Assembly (NCBI GenBank): GCA_002009975.1
Contig: MTLP01000031.1
Location: 32,001-96,000 of the forward strand
Direction of reading: 5' to 3'
DNA length: 64,000 nt
Source of the DNA: Thermococcus sp. JdFR-02
GTDB lineage: Archaea > Methanobacteriota_B > Thermococci > Thermococcales > Thermococcaceae
Positions within the stretch are counted from its first letter, which is position 1, and each line of letters starts with the position of its first letter. A program made the position numbers and the translations under genes. The notes beneath the pieces are model-generated. The model was given only the letters and a program-made list of their open reading frames with translations, was not told the origin of the DNA and did not search any database. This document shows positions 62,183 through 64,000 of this stretch, one piece after another.

Positions 62183-63208
62183 ATGAAGAAATGGAAAACT
62201 TTGGGTTTGGTTTTTGTTTTGGTATTGGGTTTAGTTGCGGCTGGATGTACCCAGAAAGAAACTGCTACACAAACAACTCAAAGCATACCAACAACCGAAG
62301 AAGGGAAATATGAGATTACAATCTATACCGGTTCAGGACCTGGAAGTGTTTATTTCGCAATTGGTTCAATGTTTGCCAAGGTTTTGAACAAAAAGAGTGA
62401 GAATATCGCTGCAAAGGGTGTTACAAGTGGTGCAAGTGTATCCAATGCAAAGGCTATTGGAAAGGGTGAAGCCCAAGTAGCCATTATACAAAACGACGTG
62501 ACTTATTATGCTTGGAATGGGCTGTATCAATTCGAAGGCAATCCAATTAAGGAGCTAAGAGGAATTGGGACTCTTTACCCTGAACCAGTTCAGATCGTCG
62601 TTAGAGCTGATAGTGGCATTAAGACTCTTGAAGACCTAAAAGGTAAGAAAGTTGTAGTTGGCGCTCCAGGAAGTGGTGTTGCAGCTACTGCTGAGAGAGT
62701 TTTAAAGGCAGCAGGACTATGGGACCAAGTTGAAAAGATCTATCAAACATTTGAAGAAGCTGCTCAAAGCTTAGTACTTGGACAAGTAGATGCAGAATTT
62801 ACTGTTATCGCATATCCAGCCCCAGCAATTGATCAAATAGCAGTTAAAACACCAGTTCGTTTGATTCCAATCCCAGACGAACTCATAAAGAAACTACATG
62901 ATGAGGGATATCCATTCTATGTTAAAGTTGTTATTCCAAAGGGTACCTACAACGGAATGGATGAAGATGTCCAAACAATTGCAGTTAAAGCAACATTAGT
63001 AGTTGACAAAGATGTGCCAGATGACGTTGTTTATGAATTAACAAAAATCTTCTTTGAAAACACTGACGAACTTGCAAAAGCACACCAAGTGGCTAAACAA
63101 ATAGATGTTAAAAAGGCATTTGAAGGATTAATGATCCCACTACATCCAGGGGCAATAAAATATTACGAAGAACAAGGAATAACAGTCCCTGATGAACTTA
63201 AGCCTTGA
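62183..63208 (+). CDS. TAXI-family TRAP transporter solute-binding lipoprotein
   Basis: Lipobox AAGC, TGS..SVY, TSGASVSN, LYPE.VQ, GAPGSG, IPLHPGA.KYY. Confidence 0.93.
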   Translation: MKKWKTLGLVFVLVLGLVAAGCTQKETATQTTQSIPTTEEGKYEITIYTGSGPGSVYFAIGSMFAKVLNKKSENIAAKGVTSGASVSNAKAIGKGEAQVAIIQNDVTYYAWNGLYQFEGNPIKELRGIGTLYPEPVQIVVRADSGIKTLEDLKGKKVVVGAPGSGVAATAERVLKAAGLWDQVEKIYQTFEEAAQSLVLGQVDAEFTVIAYPAPAIDQIAVKTPVRLIPIPDELIKKLHDEGYPFYVKVVIPKGTYNGMDEDVQTIAVKATLVVDKDVPDDVVYELTKIFFENTDELAKAHQVAKQIDVKKAFEGLMIPLHPGAIKYYEEQGITVPDELKP

Positions 63209-63221
63209 AGGGGTGGATTTT

Positions 63222-63674
63222 TTGAAAAAATATTTTCTTTTTTTCCCATTAGCTTTTTTGCTTCTTACACTTTTTCCCATAACTGCTTTAGAGATAGAAT
63301 TTAATAAAAATGTGTGTTACTTTCCTCTAAGCTCAAATCCTACTCTTATAATCTCTTATACTCATAGTGTTTCTCTCACTAAAGTTGTAGACATATATCG
63401 AATTAACGGAACTGGTATATATGCAATACAAGAAAAATGGCAAGAGTTTATGGCCGGACAACCATTAGATGTTCAATACACCGAAGGACAATTTTACGTT
63501 AAGGACATGAACATGTACCTAGGAAAATCCTGGGAGTACTGGTTTATTCCATTAAATAACGTTACGGTAAAGATCAGCGATAAGATTGTTTTCACCCAGC
63601 TAAAAGAGGAGGGAATTATGAAATTTAAAGTCAAAAAAGTACCTTTTGTATTTTCCATAATTAGGAGGTGTTGA
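63222..63674 (+). CDS. DUF1850-like protein of TAXI-TRAP operons
   Basis: YTHSV motif; position between SBP and permease; start (TTG) uncertain. Confidence 0.7.
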   Translation: MKKYFLFFPLAFLLLTLFPITALEIEFNKNVCYFPLSSNPTLIISYTHSVSLTKVVDIYRINGTGIYAIQEKWQEFMAGQPLDVQYTEGQFYVKDMNMYLGKSWEYWFIPLNNVTVKISDKIVFTQLKEEGIMKFKVKKVPFVFSIIRRC

Positions 63675-63676
63675 AA

Positions 63677-64000
63677 ATGAGCGAAAAGATTGAAAAGAAG
63701 ATAATTCTAGAGAAAACGAGAACCTTATCTCCAAAGCTTGAAACCATAGTTAAGATAGCAGCAGTTTTAATTGGAATTTATGAAATCTTATTTATATTCA
63801 ACTTTACTTATTCAATCTACGATCTCTTTGAAAAAGTTGGATTAAAATGGACATTCTTACGACTTGATTTCCAAGATAAGCAAGGAGAAGCATTTGTCTT
63901 AGCAATGATTCTGTTAATAGCATATCTCCGATATCCTATACTGAAAAAAAAGAAATATCTCAAAAAAGTACCTTTCTATGATTATATCCTAATTGTTTTA
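63677..64000 (+). CDS. TRAP transporter fused permease (5' part, runs off the window)
   Basis: GGAGGTG RBS; MSEKIEKKIILEKTRTL..., LRYP..K..VPFYDYIL typical of 4TM/12TM fusion N-termini. Confidence 0.8.
   Translation, partial: MSEKIEKKIILEKTRTLSPKLETIVKIAAVLIGIYEILFIFNFTYSIYDLFEKVGLKWTFLRLDFQDKQGEAFVLAMILLIAYLRYPILKKKKYLKKVPFYDYILIVL

Overview
Archaeal chromosomal window with the gene content and signals of the Thermococcales (Thermococcus-like). Evidence: GGTGA/GGAGG ribosome-binding sites, a histone, rpl11-rpl1-P0-L12, spt5-secE-ftsZ, the 13-gene membrane-bound sulfane reductase (mbs/mbx) operon with SurR boxes, six tRNAs and one C/D-box guide RNA. Most of it is core genome. Three blocks stand out. 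(1) An iscS-tusA-iscU operon (7.8-9.8 kb) in which IscS has lost the PLP lysine and other PLP contacts but keeps the catalytic Cys, and IscU carries a DUF59-like C-terminal domain. (2) A glycerol/polyol-phosphate cluster (13-23 kb): ABC importer, HAD-IIA phosphatase, DHH phosphoesterase, bacterial-type NAD(P)H G3P dehydrogenase GpsA, a GlpK with a remodelled substrate pocket, and GlpQ. (3) An accessory locus (30-33.3 kb) where a secreted chymotrypsin-type protease, frameshifted just before its catalytic Ser, is followed by three small membrane-anchored Cys-containing proteins, two of them clear paralogues. This layout resembles an effector plus cognate/orphan immunity array. No integrase, transposase or CRISPR array was seen. 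All family assignments come from motif recognition, not database searches.
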